From positions 3,968,001 through 4,032,000 of the forward strand of contig OZ251997.1 of NCBI GenBank assembly GCA_965247095.1: a stretch of DNA of 64,000 nt. The letters run 5' to 3'. This DNA is from Candidatus Multivorans sp. (lineage in GTDB: Bacteria; Acidobacteriota; Thermoanaerobaculia; Multivoradales; Multivoraceae). A model generated the notes under the pieces. The model was not told the origin of the DNA. It saw only the letters and a program-made list of their open reading frames with translations, and ran no database searches. Position numbers and translations under genes: made by a program. Shown piece after piece: positions 55,631 through 64,000 of this stretch (positions within the stretch are counted from its first letter, which is position 1; each line of letters starts with the position of its first letter).

Positions 55631-55813
55631 CCAGCCTGCTGTGGGGACAGGGAGAGGGTCCCAAGGGGCTGTCGGCAAGCGACAGCCCATGTCCCCCCAT
55701 CAGCCGACAACCAACCGGAGCGCAGCCGACCGAAGCGAACGCTCCCTCCCCTCTTCACCAGGAAAGCGTGAGCGGCCTTTTGGGACCCTCTCCCTCGGAC
55801 CGCAGCGGGCGGG
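55631..55813 (-). repeat. ~180-bp hairpin element, copy 4
   Basis: Same core on minus strand; stem type as copy 2. Confidence 0.9.
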
Positions 55814-55854
55814 TGCGTCCGATAACGGTCCGGTCGCCGCGGCGCCTTCGGCGG

Positions 55855-57951
55855 CTAGTCCTCTCCCTCCGCCCGCTTCGCTTCGGCGATGATCTTTTCT
55901 TGGATCTGCCGGGGGACTTCCTCGTAGTGGGAGAAGCCCATCGTGAAGCTGGAGCGGCCCTGGGTCATTGAGCGCAGGGCGGGGGCGTAGGTCAGCATCT
56001 CGGCCATGGGCACGGTGGCCTTGACGATCTGGGCGTTGCCCTTGGCTTCCATGCCCTGGGGGCGGCCGCGGCGGGAGGACAGGTCGCTCATGATGTCGCC
56101 CATGAAGTCCTCGGTGGTGTTGATGTCGACCTGCATCACCGGTTCAAGCAGGGTCGGGGCGGCCTTCGCCATGGCGTCCTTGAAGGCCAGGGAGCCGGCG
56201 ACCTTGAAGGCTATCTCGGACGAGTCGACGTCGTGGTACTTGCCGTCCTGGAGCCGGACCCGGAAGTTGCCGACCGGGTAGCCGGCCAGGTAGCCGCGTG
56301 CGGCTGCCTCGAGCAGGCCCTTCTCGACCGCGGGGCGGTAGCTCTGGGGGATCGAGCCGCCGAAGATCTCGTCGACGAACTCGTAGTCCTCCGGGGTGGG
56401 GACGGGCTCCATCGTGATCGTGCAGTCGGCGAACTGGCCGCGGCCGCCGCTCTGCTTCTTGTGCCGACCGTGGCCGACCGCGGGCCTCCTGATCGCTTCG
56501 CGGTAGGGCACCTTGGGCGGGTGCAGGATGACCTCGACCTTGGACCGGGCCTTCAGCTTGGAGACCGCGATTTCGACGTGGAGCTGACCGGCGCCCGAGA
56601 GCAGGAACTCTCCCGTCTGCGGGTCGCGCCCGGCCCGCAGGCTCGGATCCTCCTCGACCAGCCGGAGCACAGCCTCGCCGATCTTCTCTTCATCGCCCTT
56701 CGTCTTCGGCTCGATGGCGAACGAGATCGCGGCGACCGGAGGGGTGGGAAATCCGAGCCGAAGCGGCCGTTCGCGGCTCGTGATCGAGTCGCCGGTGACG
56801 CTGCTCTTGAGCTTCGCCACGCCGCCGATGTCGCCCTCGAGGAGTTCGGGGATGTCCTGGCCGGTCTTGCCCTGCATGTGCATCAGGTGGCCGACGCGTT
56901 CCGCCTCCTCGTGCCGGGGGTTCCAGTAGCCGGTGTCGGAGGTCATGCGGCCCGCGGCCACGCGAAGCAGGGAGATGCGGCCGGTGAAGGGGTCGTTCAT
57001 GGTCTTGAAGACGATCGCGCTGACCGGCGCGCCGTCGCCGCGCTCGAGTTCTACGGGTTCTCCGCCGAGATCGGCAGCCGGCATCGGAGGCGCGCCCATC
57101 GGCGACGGCAACAGCTTGACCACCGCGTCGAGCAGAGCCGAGTTGCCGACGCCGTGGCTGGCGGACGACATGGTGACCGGGAACAGCGCCCGGTTCCTGA
57201 TTGCGTTCTTGAGCCCCTCGACCAACTGGTCCTGATCGAGGTCGCCCTGGTCGAAGTAGGCCTCCATCAGGTCGTCGTCGCTCTCGGCGACCGCTTCTGT
57301 GAGCTTTCCCCGCCACTCCTGGATCTGGTCCGCCAGCTCTGCCGGCGGCTCGGACCCCTGACTGCGGCCGTTTCCGTTGTGGTCGTAGAGATAGGCCTTG
57401 CCGCTCAGCAGGTCGACGACGCCGGTGAAGTCCTTGCCGGCGCCGATCGGGATCTGCACCGGCAGCGCCATGCGGTCGAAGTTCTGCTGAAGTTCGGCGA
57501 TGCAGCCCTCGAAGTCGATGTTGTCGCGGTCCATTTTGGTCAGGTGCAGCATCATCGGCTGCTCCAGCCCCGCCGCGACTTCCCAGGCCTTTTCGGCCAT
57601 GACCTGGGTCGGCGATGCGGCGTCCAGGCACAGCAGGGCGGCGTCGGCGGCCCGCATGCCCGAGCTGGTCTCGTGAACGAAGATCCCGGAGCCGGGACAG
57701 TCGATCAGGTTGACCTTGTGCTCGCCGGATCCGTCCGACCAGGGCGTGTAGCAGACGGCGAGGCCGATCGAGATGCCGCGGCGGATCTCCTCCTCGTCGA
57801 AGTCGGTGACGGTGTTGCCGTCTTCGACCCGGTTTTGCCGGTTGAAGACGCCGCCGGTGTAGAGCAGGCCGGCGAGCAGCGTCGTCTTGCCGGCGTCGTT
57901 GTGTCCGACGACGGCGAGGTTGCGTATCTTGTCCGAACTTTCGAGTTGCAT
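55855..57951 (-). CDS. Elongation factor G paralog (EF-G2-like; alternative GTG 57966)
   Basis: GHNDAGKTT, RGISI, DCPG, TKMD, HKKQSGGRGQF, HDVDSSE, LLEPVM. Confidence 0.92.
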   Translation of the reverse strand: MQLESSDKIRNLAVVGHNDAGKTTLLAGLLYTGGVFNRQNRVEDGNTVTDFDEEEIRRGISIGLAVCYTPWSDGSGEHKVNLIDCPGSGIFVHETSSGMRAADAALLCLDAASPTQVMAEKAWEVAAGLEQPMMLHLTKMDRDNIDFEGCIAELQQNFDRMALPVQIPIGAGKDFTGVVDLLSGKAYLYDHNGNGRSQGSEPPAELADQIQEWRGKLTEAVAESDDDLMEAYFDQGDLDQDQLVEGLKNAIRNRALFPVTMSSASHGVGNSALLDAVVKLLPSPMGAPPMPAADLGGEPVELERGDGAPVSAIVFKTMNDPFTGRISLLRVAAGRMTSDTGYWNPRHEEAERVGHLMHMQGKTGQDIPELLEGDIGGVAKLKSSVTGDSITSRERPLRLGFPTPPVAAISFAIEPKTKGDEEKIGEAVLRLVEEDPSLRAGRDPQTGEFLLSGAGQLHVEIAVSKLKARSKVEVILHPPKVPYREAIRRPAVGHGRHKKQSGGRGQFADCTITMEPVPTPEDYEFVDEIFGGSIPQSYRPAVEKGLLEAAARGYLAGYPVGNFRVRLQDGKYHDVDSSEIAFKVAGSLAFKDAMAKAAPTLLEPVMQVDINTTEDFMGDIMSDLSSRRGRPQGMEAKGNAQIVKATVPMAEMLTYAPALRSMTQGRSSFTMGFSHYEEVPRQIQEKIIAEAKRAEGED

Positions 57952-58106
57952 CGACGCTCCCGTCACTGGCTTCGCGGGCCTTGTGTGGGGAGCCCGCTCG
58001 AGTCGCGGTTGGCCGGAATCCGGCCACCCTGCGCGGCGCGAATCTCAGGCTTGGAAACAGCCGCAGAAGATACCACGCGGCCGGCCGGCGAGGGCTCCCG
58101 CGGCGC

Positions 58107-59492
58107 TCAGCCGGCCGGCTGCACCTCGATCGTTCCCAGGCCCTCGAGTTGCGGCGCGAGTTCGGATGCCGGCCCGACCGCGGTCACGGTGAGCCGGTCG
58201 GGGAAGAGATGACGGCGGCAGACGTCGTGCACATCTTCGCGGGTCGTGGCGCGGATCCTCTCGGGCCAGCGTTCGTACTCGTCGCGGTCCAGGTCGAAGG
58301 TGGCGAGCGCCTGCAGCCGGGAGGCAAGATTCTGGATCGTCTGCAGGGTGTACGGGAAGACACCGACCAGGTAGTTGCGCGCGTCGTCGAGTTCCCCCTC
58401 GCTCGGTGGCTCATCGCAGAGACGCTCGAGTTCGCCGACGATCTCCCGGCAGGCGGCGCCGGTCACTTCGTTGGCCACCGCCGTCGAGACCACGAACGGA
58501 CCCGGACCCCGGCGGGAGCTGAAGTTGCTGGAGACTCCGTAGGTGTAGCCGTGCCGCTCCCTCAGGCTGAGGTTCAGGCGGCTGATGAACTTGCCGCCGA
58601 GGATCGAGTTCGCTACCTGGATCGGGATGCGGTCGGGATGACGGCGCGGTATCCCGACATGGCCGACGCGCAACTGGGTCTGCGCCGCGCCGGGGCGGTC
58701 CACGATCACGACCCGGCGGGTCGGTGTCGTCGCGTTGTCCGGTTCGAGGCCGGCCGGTTCGTCGTCGAACTCCCTGCCGTGGAATCGGAGATCGCGTTCG
58801 ATCTTCTCCTCGATCGCCTGCCGTACCCGGCCGCGGCTCAGGTCGCCGACCGCGATCAGGTGGCAGGAACGGGCGGCGAGGGCCCCTTCATGGAATGCCG
58901 CGATGTCGCTCCGGGTGATCGCCTGGGCGGTATCGCGATCGCCGATCGCCGGGTTGCCGTAGGGGGTCGCGTCGTAGACCGCGCGCGCGAAGGCTGCCCG
59001 AGCCAGACTGGAAGGATCGCTGCGCCGCCGGTCGATCTCGGCCAAACGCCGCCGGCGGGTGCGTTCGATCTCCTCCGCCCTGAAGGCCGGTTGCAGCGCG
59101 GCTTCGGCGACAAGTTCCAGGCCAGCGGCGACATCCTCGGAGCGGATCGTGGTGCCGACCCCCGCCATCTCCCAGGAGCAGGAGGACGAGATGCCGGTGC
59201 CCAGGTCTTCGGCCGCGGCAGCGAACTCGAGCGCCGTGCGCTGCTTGGTGCCCTTGCTGCGCAGTCCCGCCGTGAACGAGGCGAGTCCCGCCAGTTGGGG
59301 TGGATCGAGCTCGCTGCCGCCAGGCATGAGCAGGGTGACGGTGACGAGACTGCGGTCCGGGACATCGAGAGTCCACAGACGGACGCCGGACATAAGACGC
59401 TCGTGCTCGAACTGGGGGAAGGGGCAGGGCCGGCTCGGCACCGGGGCTGGAGGCCGGCTGCGGTCGAGAGCCGGGCGCGTTGCCGTCTTCAC
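58107..59492 (-). CDS. M16 (insulinase) peptidase, non-catalytic partner subunit
   Basis: GLASFTA..GT, DRPGAAQT, ILGGKFISRLNLSLRERHGYTY; lacks HxxEH. Confidence 0.85.
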   Translation of the reverse strand: MKTATRPALDRSRPPAPVPSRPCPFPQFEHERLMSGVRLWTLDVPDRSLVTVTLLMPGGSELDPPQLAGLASFTAGLRSKGTKQRTALEFAAAAEDLGTGISSSCSWEMAGVGTTIRSEDVAAGLELVAEAALQPAFRAEEIERTRRRRLAEIDRRRSDPSSLARAAFARAVYDATPYGNPAIGDRDTAQAITRSDIAAFHEGALAARSCHLIAVGDLSRGRVRQAIEEKIERDLRFHGREFDDEPAGLEPDNATTPTRRVVIVDRPGAAQTQLRVGHVGIPRRHPDRIPIQVANSILGGKFISRLNLSLRERHGYTYGVSSNFSSRRGPGPFVVSTAVANEVTGAACREIVGELERLCDEPPSEGELDDARNYLVGVFPYTLQTIQNLASRLQALATFDLDRDEYERWPERIRATTREDVHDVCRRHLFPDRLTVTAVGPASELAPQLEGLGTIEVQPAG

Positions 59493-60826
59493 GGTTTGGG
59501 CACCACGACGACGGCCGCGCGGCGTTCTGGGCCGAGGGCGCGCTCGGCCAGGCTGCGGATCTGCTCGGTACCTATACGGAGCAGCCGATCCGGTTCGGTC
59601 CAGGCCCGGCCAGGGTCGCCCAGGTAGGTCGCCGCGGCGGACAGACGGTCAGTGCATAGGGCCAGATCCTGCTCGCTGTCGCGGTAGTCGAGTAGCAGGA
59701 TCCGCCGCGCCCGCTCGAGTTCGGACTCGGTCGGACCCTTCGCGCGGATCGCCTCGATGTGTTCGAGGACTGCCTGCTCGATGGCCTCGGCGTTTGCCAG
59801 CGCGTCAGGCTCGCGGCTCTGGCAGGTGGCGACGATGGCGAACATCGCGCAGATCTCCGTCGGCAGGATCAGCGCGGACACGGACTGCGCGAGCTGGCGC
59901 TCGTAGACCAGATCGCGGTGGAGTCGGCTCATCATGCCGGAGGAGAGAATCGTCGCCAGCATCGCGCCGGCGTACCAGTCGTCGCTGCCGTACCCGTCCA
60001 GGCAGTAGGCGGAGTAGGAGCGGGGCAACTCGATCGTGTCCTCGAGCACTTCCCGCGCCGTGCCGCGGGGACCGATCTCGGCGACCGGGTCGACCTGCGG
60101 CGCCTGGGGCAGCGGTCCGGGCGGGATGTCTTCAAAGTAACGCCTGACCTGATCGAGGGCGCGGCCGCTGTCGATGTCGCCGGCCAGGGTCAGCACCGCG
60201 TTGTTTGGCCGGTACCAGGTGCGGAAGAAGTCCCGGACCCCGTCGAGGGTGGCCGCTTCGAGGTCGTCCATGTAGCCGATCACCGGCCAGGCGTAGGGGT
60301 GGTTGCGGCCGTCGCGCTTGCGGTACAGCAGTTCGCTGAGGCGTTCGATGGCCAAGCCATAGGGCTGGTTGTCGACACGCTGCAGCCGCTCGTTCACCAC
60401 CACGGAGAGCTGGTTCTCGAACTTCTCCTGCGTCAGGGCCTCGAGCAGGAAACCCAGGCGGTCGGACTCCAACCAGAGGCCGAGTTCGAGATGGTTGGAG
60501 GGCAGGGTCTCGTAGTAGTTCGTGCGGTCGTACCAGGTCGAGCCGTTGGCGACGCCGCCGACGCTCTGGACGTGCTCGAAGTGCCCGTTCTCGGACACGT
60601 GCGCGGAGCCCTGGAACAGCATGTGTTCGAACAGGTGGGCCAGTCCGGTGCGTCCGGTCTCCTCGTTCTTGGAGCCGACGTGGTACCAGATGTTCACGGC
60701 GGCCAGGGGCAGGCGCCGGTCTTCGTGGAGCACGACGCGCAGGCCGTTGGCGAGTTCGTGCTCCTCCAAGTGCTGTTGTGGCATGTGGGGTGAGGTCTGA
60801 AGCCGGTTCATCGGCGCGTGCTCCAC
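59489..60826 (-). CDS. M16 (insulinase) zinc peptidase
   Basis: YHVGSKNE, GLAHLFEHMLFQG, DRTNYYE, WLESDR, YRPNNA. Confidence 0.92.
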   Translation of the reverse strand: MEHAPMNRLQTSPHMPQQHLEEHELANGLRVVLHEDRRLPLAAVNIWYHVGSKNEETGRTGLAHLFEHMLFQGSAHVSENGHFEHVQSVGGVANGSTWYDRTNYYETLPSNHLELGLWLESDRLGFLLEALTQEKFENQLSVVVNERLQRVDNQPYGLAIERLSELLYRKRDGRNHPYAWPVIGYMDDLEAATLDGVRDFFRTWYRPNNAVLTLAGDIDSGRALDQVRRYFEDIPPGPLPQAPQVDPVAEIGPRGTAREVLEDTIELPRSYSAYCLDGYGSDDWYAGAMLATILSSGMMSRLHRDLVYERQLAQSVSALILPTEICAMFAIVATCQSREPDALANAEAIEQAVLEHIEAIRAKGPTESELERARRILLLDYRDSEQDLALCTDRLSAAATYLGDPGRAWTEPDRLLRIGTEQIRSLAERALGPERRAAVVVVPKP

Positions 60827-60923
60827 GGCAGGTGGGAGGCGTGGTCGCGTAGTGTATGCGGCCCGGCGCGCAGTTGGCAGGCAGGTTGTTTTACGCTCGA
60901 TTTGCGTCTAGCATCGCTGGTCC

Positions 60924-61547
60924 ATGGACGACTTCCTGACCGAGCGGCAGAAGCAGATTCTCGACTTCGTGTGCGAGTTCGTTTCCGTGCGGGGCGTGGC
61001 GCCCACCCACCTGGAGATCCGGCGCCGCTTCGGTTACCGCTCCTACGGGACCGTCCACAAGCACCTGAAGCTGCTGCGGCAGAAGGGCTACCTGCGGGGC
61101 GGCTGGAATCAGAAGCGCGGCCTGGAGCTGACCGAGAAGACGCTCCGTTCCCGTCGTCCGGTGTCGAATGCGGTGCCCTTCCACGGCCGGATCGCGGCCG
61201 GCCAGCCGATCGAGGCGGTGGCCGGCGTCGACGACCTGTCGGTGCCGGAGCACCTGCTGGGGCGCGGTGCCGCCGGCCGCCACTACGTTCTTCAGGTGGA
61301 AGGCGACTCGATGATCGACGACGGCATCTGCGACGGTGACCTGGTGGTCATAGCAAGGCGTGAAGATGCCCACTCGGGCGAGATGATCGTGGCCCTGGTC
61401 GGCGACGAGGCGACCCTCAAGCGGTACTACCCCGAGGGCGACACGGTTCGCCTGCAGCCGGCGAACCGGGAGATGGGTCCCATCTACGTGCCCGCCGACC
61501 AACTCAGTATCCAGGGCAAGGTGGTCGGCCTTATGCGTCGATACTGA
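60924..61547 (+). CDS. lexA: SOS repressor LexA
   Basis: LTERQKQIL wHTH, cleavage site IAAG, catalytic GDSM and TLKR, LQPAN. Confidence 0.93.
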   Translation: MDDFLTERQKQILDFVCEFVSVRGVAPTHLEIRRRFGYRSYGTVHKHLKLLRQKGYLRGGWNQKRGLELTEKTLRSRRPVSNAVPFHGRIAAGQPIEAVAGVDDLSVPEHLLGRGAAGRHYVLQVEGDSMIDDGICDGDLVVIARREDAHSGEMIVALVGDEATLKRYYPEGDTVRLQPANREMGPIYVPADQLSIQGKVVGLMRRY

Positions 61548-61608
61548 GGGCGTGCAAGCCCTCAGCATCCAGGGCGTCGTGGTCGGCCTGATGCGTCGAT
61601 ACTGAGGG
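61503..61608 (+). repeat. Diverged duplication of the last 14 lexA codons and stop (58-bp period)
   Basis: 61503-61550 vs 61561-61608: LSIQGKVVGLMRRY* vs LSIQGVVVGLMRRY*. Confidence 0.9.
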
Positions 61609-61634
61609 GGCGTGGCGGCGCCGGCGCGCCCGCG

Positions 61635-63407
61635 TCAGTTGCCGCTGGCGGTGACGGTGCGGTTGGCGCCGCCTTGGGGCACGCCGTAGTACGAAAGGAC
61701 GCCGTCGACGATGGCCTCGGCGACCCGCTGCCGGTAGGCGCGGGTCTTCATCAGGCGCCGGTCCTGCTCGTTGCCCAGGTTGCAGACCTCGAGCAGGATC
61801 TTGGCCGGTACCCGGTTGAAGCGGATCTGTGCCGGCACGTAGGCCCTGCGCCGGACGATCCGGTCACGGACCGGCCCGTTGTGATGAATCGCCAGGTCGG
61901 AGTCTCTGAAGCTGGCCAGTAGGTGCTCGGCCAGGTCGCGGGACAGTCCCCTGCTGGTGGTCCGTTCGTTGCGCGTGAAGGACACTCGCGGTTCAGCTCT
62001 GACTTCCCGGCGGGACGTGTAGGGCGCTCCGGTCTTGCCGTAGTTGTTGGTGATGCCGACCAATCCCGGGATGTACACCATGGCCCCCCGCAGGGAGTGG
62101 TGCAGCGAGTCGGCGTGAATCGAGATGAAGATCACCTGGCCGGGCTCGACGCCGGCCTTCCGCCGTTGCTGGTAGACCCAGTTCGCAAGGTACCAGCGGA
62201 AGTTCGTGCCCACCGCCGCGTTGTCGATCCGGTAGGGCGGATTGGTGAGTACGGCGTGGCCACGGGACTGCGGCAGCACGTCGGCGTCGGCGATCCGGAA
62301 CGTCGAGCCCTCGCGCGTCGTCGGTACGACGGCGGCGGCGGTGCGGCTCTCCAGCACTCTCTTGGTCCGCAGCATGATGTCGTAGACGTAGTTGCTCTCC
62401 CAGAGCCCGCCGACCGGCGCGCCGATGTCACGGCCGCCGTGGCCGGCGTCGAGCACCACGGTCACGCCGTCGAGGTCGAGCGCCAGCACCTCGTTCTCGA
62501 TCTGCTCGCCGGCGGCGCGTTGCGCCTCCCACTCCACGCGGCGCGGATGGTCCGGGGGCAGGTAGCGCGCCGAAAGCAGGTCGACCGGGATCTTGACTTC
62601 GTATCCGACCGGCAGATCCCTGACATTGCCGATCTCGTTGCGCTGCTTGATCTCCCGCACCAGCTCGTTCACGTCCGGGGCGTGCAGACGGCCGGTGAAC
62701 CGCATGACGACACTCGAGTAGAGGGCCTCGCCCGCCTTCAGGCGGTAGGTCGCATACTCGCCCTTCCCGTCCGACCCGTAGCTGACGAAGGGTGTCGCCT
62801 CGCTACTGGAGCGGATGGCCGCCGTCCGGGGCGCGGCCGCGGGCAACATGCCGGCGAAGGGTGCGGCGAGGACGCGGCGCGGGACGAGGATCACCTGTCC
62901 CGGCCGGATGACGTTGCTTGTCAGACCGTTCGCTTGCCGCAGCACCCGGTGGTTCTCGCCGGCGCCGGTGAACCACTCCGCGATGCTCCACAGGCTTTCT
63001 GCATCCCGGCTGCGCGAGGAAGACGCGACCTGGTGCTTCCAACCCTCCGCGGTTGCCTGGTCCTTGGGCAACAGGGCGCGGATCGCTGCCTGCTGGCTTC
63101 GTTCGGGGAGCAGATCGAAGGGAACCTTGTACCGGACTCCCCGCTTGAGGCGCCGCACGCCGCCGTTGGCCCGGCTGAGCGCGGAGGAGTGCCTCGAGCT
63201 GCCGCAGAGCCGTTTCGCGAAGGCGAGCAGGCCTTCGTTCGCGCGCGGCTTCGCCTCGATGTGGATCTTGCCGTGCCGGGTCATCACGGCGACCGGTGTC
63301 GGCGATCCGATCTCGGGCACTGCGACGCGCTTCGTCGCCGCGGCCGCCACGGTGGGCAGGAGAATGGCGAAAGCCGCGGCGCAGACAATGGCGGTGCGGG
63401 TCCTCAT
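61635..63407 (-). CDS. N-acetylmuramoyl-L-alanine amidase (Amidase_3) with LysM-like repeats
   Basis: Signal peptide; ESLWSIAEW..IRPGQVILVP and YRLKAGEALYS..LPVGYEVKIP; LDAGHGG, SIHAD, LLEV. Confidence 0.82.
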   Translation of the reverse strand: MRTRTAIVCAAAFAILLPTVAAAATKRVAVPEIGSPTPVAVMTRHGKIHIEAKPRANEGLLAFAKRLCGSSRHSSALSRANGGVRRLKRGVRYKVPFDLLPERSQQAAIRALLPKDQATAEGWKHQVASSSRSRDAESLWSIAEWFTGAGENHRVLRQANGLTSNVIRPGQVILVPRRVLAAPFAGMLPAAAPRTAAIRSSSEATPFVSYGSDGKGEYATYRLKAGEALYSSVVMRFTGRLHAPDVNELVREIKQRNEIGNVRDLPVGYEVKIPVDLLSARYLPPDHPRRVEWEAQRAAGEQIENEVLALDLDGVTVVLDAGHGGRDIGAPVGGLWESNYVYDIMLRTKRVLESRTAAAVVPTTREGSTFRIADADVLPQSRGHAVLTNPPYRIDNAAVGTNFRWYLANWVYQQRRKAGVEPGQVIFISIHADSLHHSLRGAMVYIPGLVGITNNYGKTGAPYTSRREVRAEPRVSFTRNERTTSRGLSRDLAEHLLASFRDSDLAIHHNGPVRDRIVRRRAYVPAQIRFNRVPAKILLEVCNLGNEQDRRLMKTRAYRQRVAEAIVDGVLSYYGVPQGGANRTVTASGN

Positions 63408-64000
63408 GGAATCGCCTCCGGGCTGCACTCGAAACCGATCGTGAGTTCGACCGCCCTTGCCGCCCGCAGAGCCATGGCGTCGGCGAAGGGCGGGGCCAGG
63501 ATTTGGAGACCGAGGGGAAGCCCGCGGCTGTCCAGGCCGCAGGGCACCGAGACCCCGGGAATCCCGACCAGGCTGGGCGGCGTGGTGAAGACATCAGACA
63601 GGTACATGGCCAATGGATCGTCGACCCGCTCGCCGCGGGCGAAGGCGCCGGAGGGGCAGGTCGGAGTCACCAGGAGGTCGACGGCCTCGAAGGCGCTGGC
63701 GAACTGCTGCCCCATGGCCTCGGCGATGCGCGCGGCGCGGCCGTAGTAGGCGTCGTAGTAGCCGGAGGACAGCGCGAACGTGCCCAGGATGATCCGGCGC
63801 TTGACCTCGCTGCCGAAGCCCTCGCTCCGGCTGTCGGTGTACATCCTCTGGAGGGAACGGGCGCCTTCGGCTCGGTGTCCATAGCGGCTGCCGTCGAAGC
63901 GGGCCAGGTTCGCGCTGGCTTCGCTATTGGCGAGCACGTAGTACGTCGCGACCGCGGCGTCGATCAACGGAACGCTCACCTCGACCAGCTCGGCGCCGGC
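63404..64000 (-). CDS. gatA: Asp/Glu-tRNA amidotransferase subunit A, 3' part
   Basis: EASANLARFDG, GFGSEVKRRIILGTFALSSGYYDAYY, MYLSDVFT. Confidence 0.95.
   Translation of the reverse strand, partial: AGAELVEVSVPLIDAAVATYYVLANSEASANLARFDGSRYGHRAEGARSLQRMYTDSRSEGFGSEVKRRIILGTFALSSGYYDAYYGRAARIAEAMGQQFASAFEAVDLLVTPTCPSGAFARGERVDDPLAMYLSDVFTTPPSLVGIPGVSVPCGLDSRGLPLGLQILAPPFADAMALRAARAVELTIGFECSPEAIP

Noticed and set aside
47250-55813. CRISPR array or classical integron attC array
   Set aside because: Units are ~180 bp, kilobases apart, in both orientations; no cas genes, no integron integrase, no RYYYAAC/GTTRRRY ends
55855-57951. Ribosomal protection (TetM/O) resistance gene
   Set aside because: Domain IV/V motifs (KKQSGGRGQF, HDVDSSE) are EF-G-like
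60830-60923. LexA box upstream of lexA
   Set aside because: No convincing CTGT-N8-ACAG, GAAC-N4-GTTC or GTTC-N7-GTTC match seen

Overview
High-GC bacterial chromosome, most likely Acidobacteriota (RpoA N-terminus [10 protein letters not shown], four-CxxC-type insertion near the RpoB N-terminus). Left part (1-14.1 kb): a phosphate regulon (pstA, two pstB, OprO/P porin, phoB-phoR-phoU) interrupted by a DUF3800 nuclease, an AAA-DUF4143 ATPase and three catabolic enzymes. Centre (14.3-47.1 kb): the translation supercluster (tRNA-Thr, tuf, tRNA-Trp, secE, nusG, rplKAJL, rpoBC, str, S10, spc and alpha operons), in which rpmG, rpsN and rpsD are absent from their usual positions. Then an ~8.7 kb accessory island between rplQ and an EF-G paralog, holding a secreted orphan, a HigBA-type TA pair, a duplicated rplQ 3' half, an IS3, an HTH-ImmA/IrrE + PIN pair and a BsuBI/PstI-type methyltransferase with a truncated endonuclease, punctuated by four copies of a ~180-bp covarying hairpin element. 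Right end: two M16 peptidases, lexA, a LysM amidase and partial gatA. Best leads: (i) a promoter-structured RNA-terminator unit directly upstream of the DUF3800 nuclease, (ii) the ~180-bp structured repeat and gene-end duplications that organise the island without any visible integrase, (iii) complementary degeneration of the two PstB ATPases. All family calls are from motif recognition by eye, not database searches.
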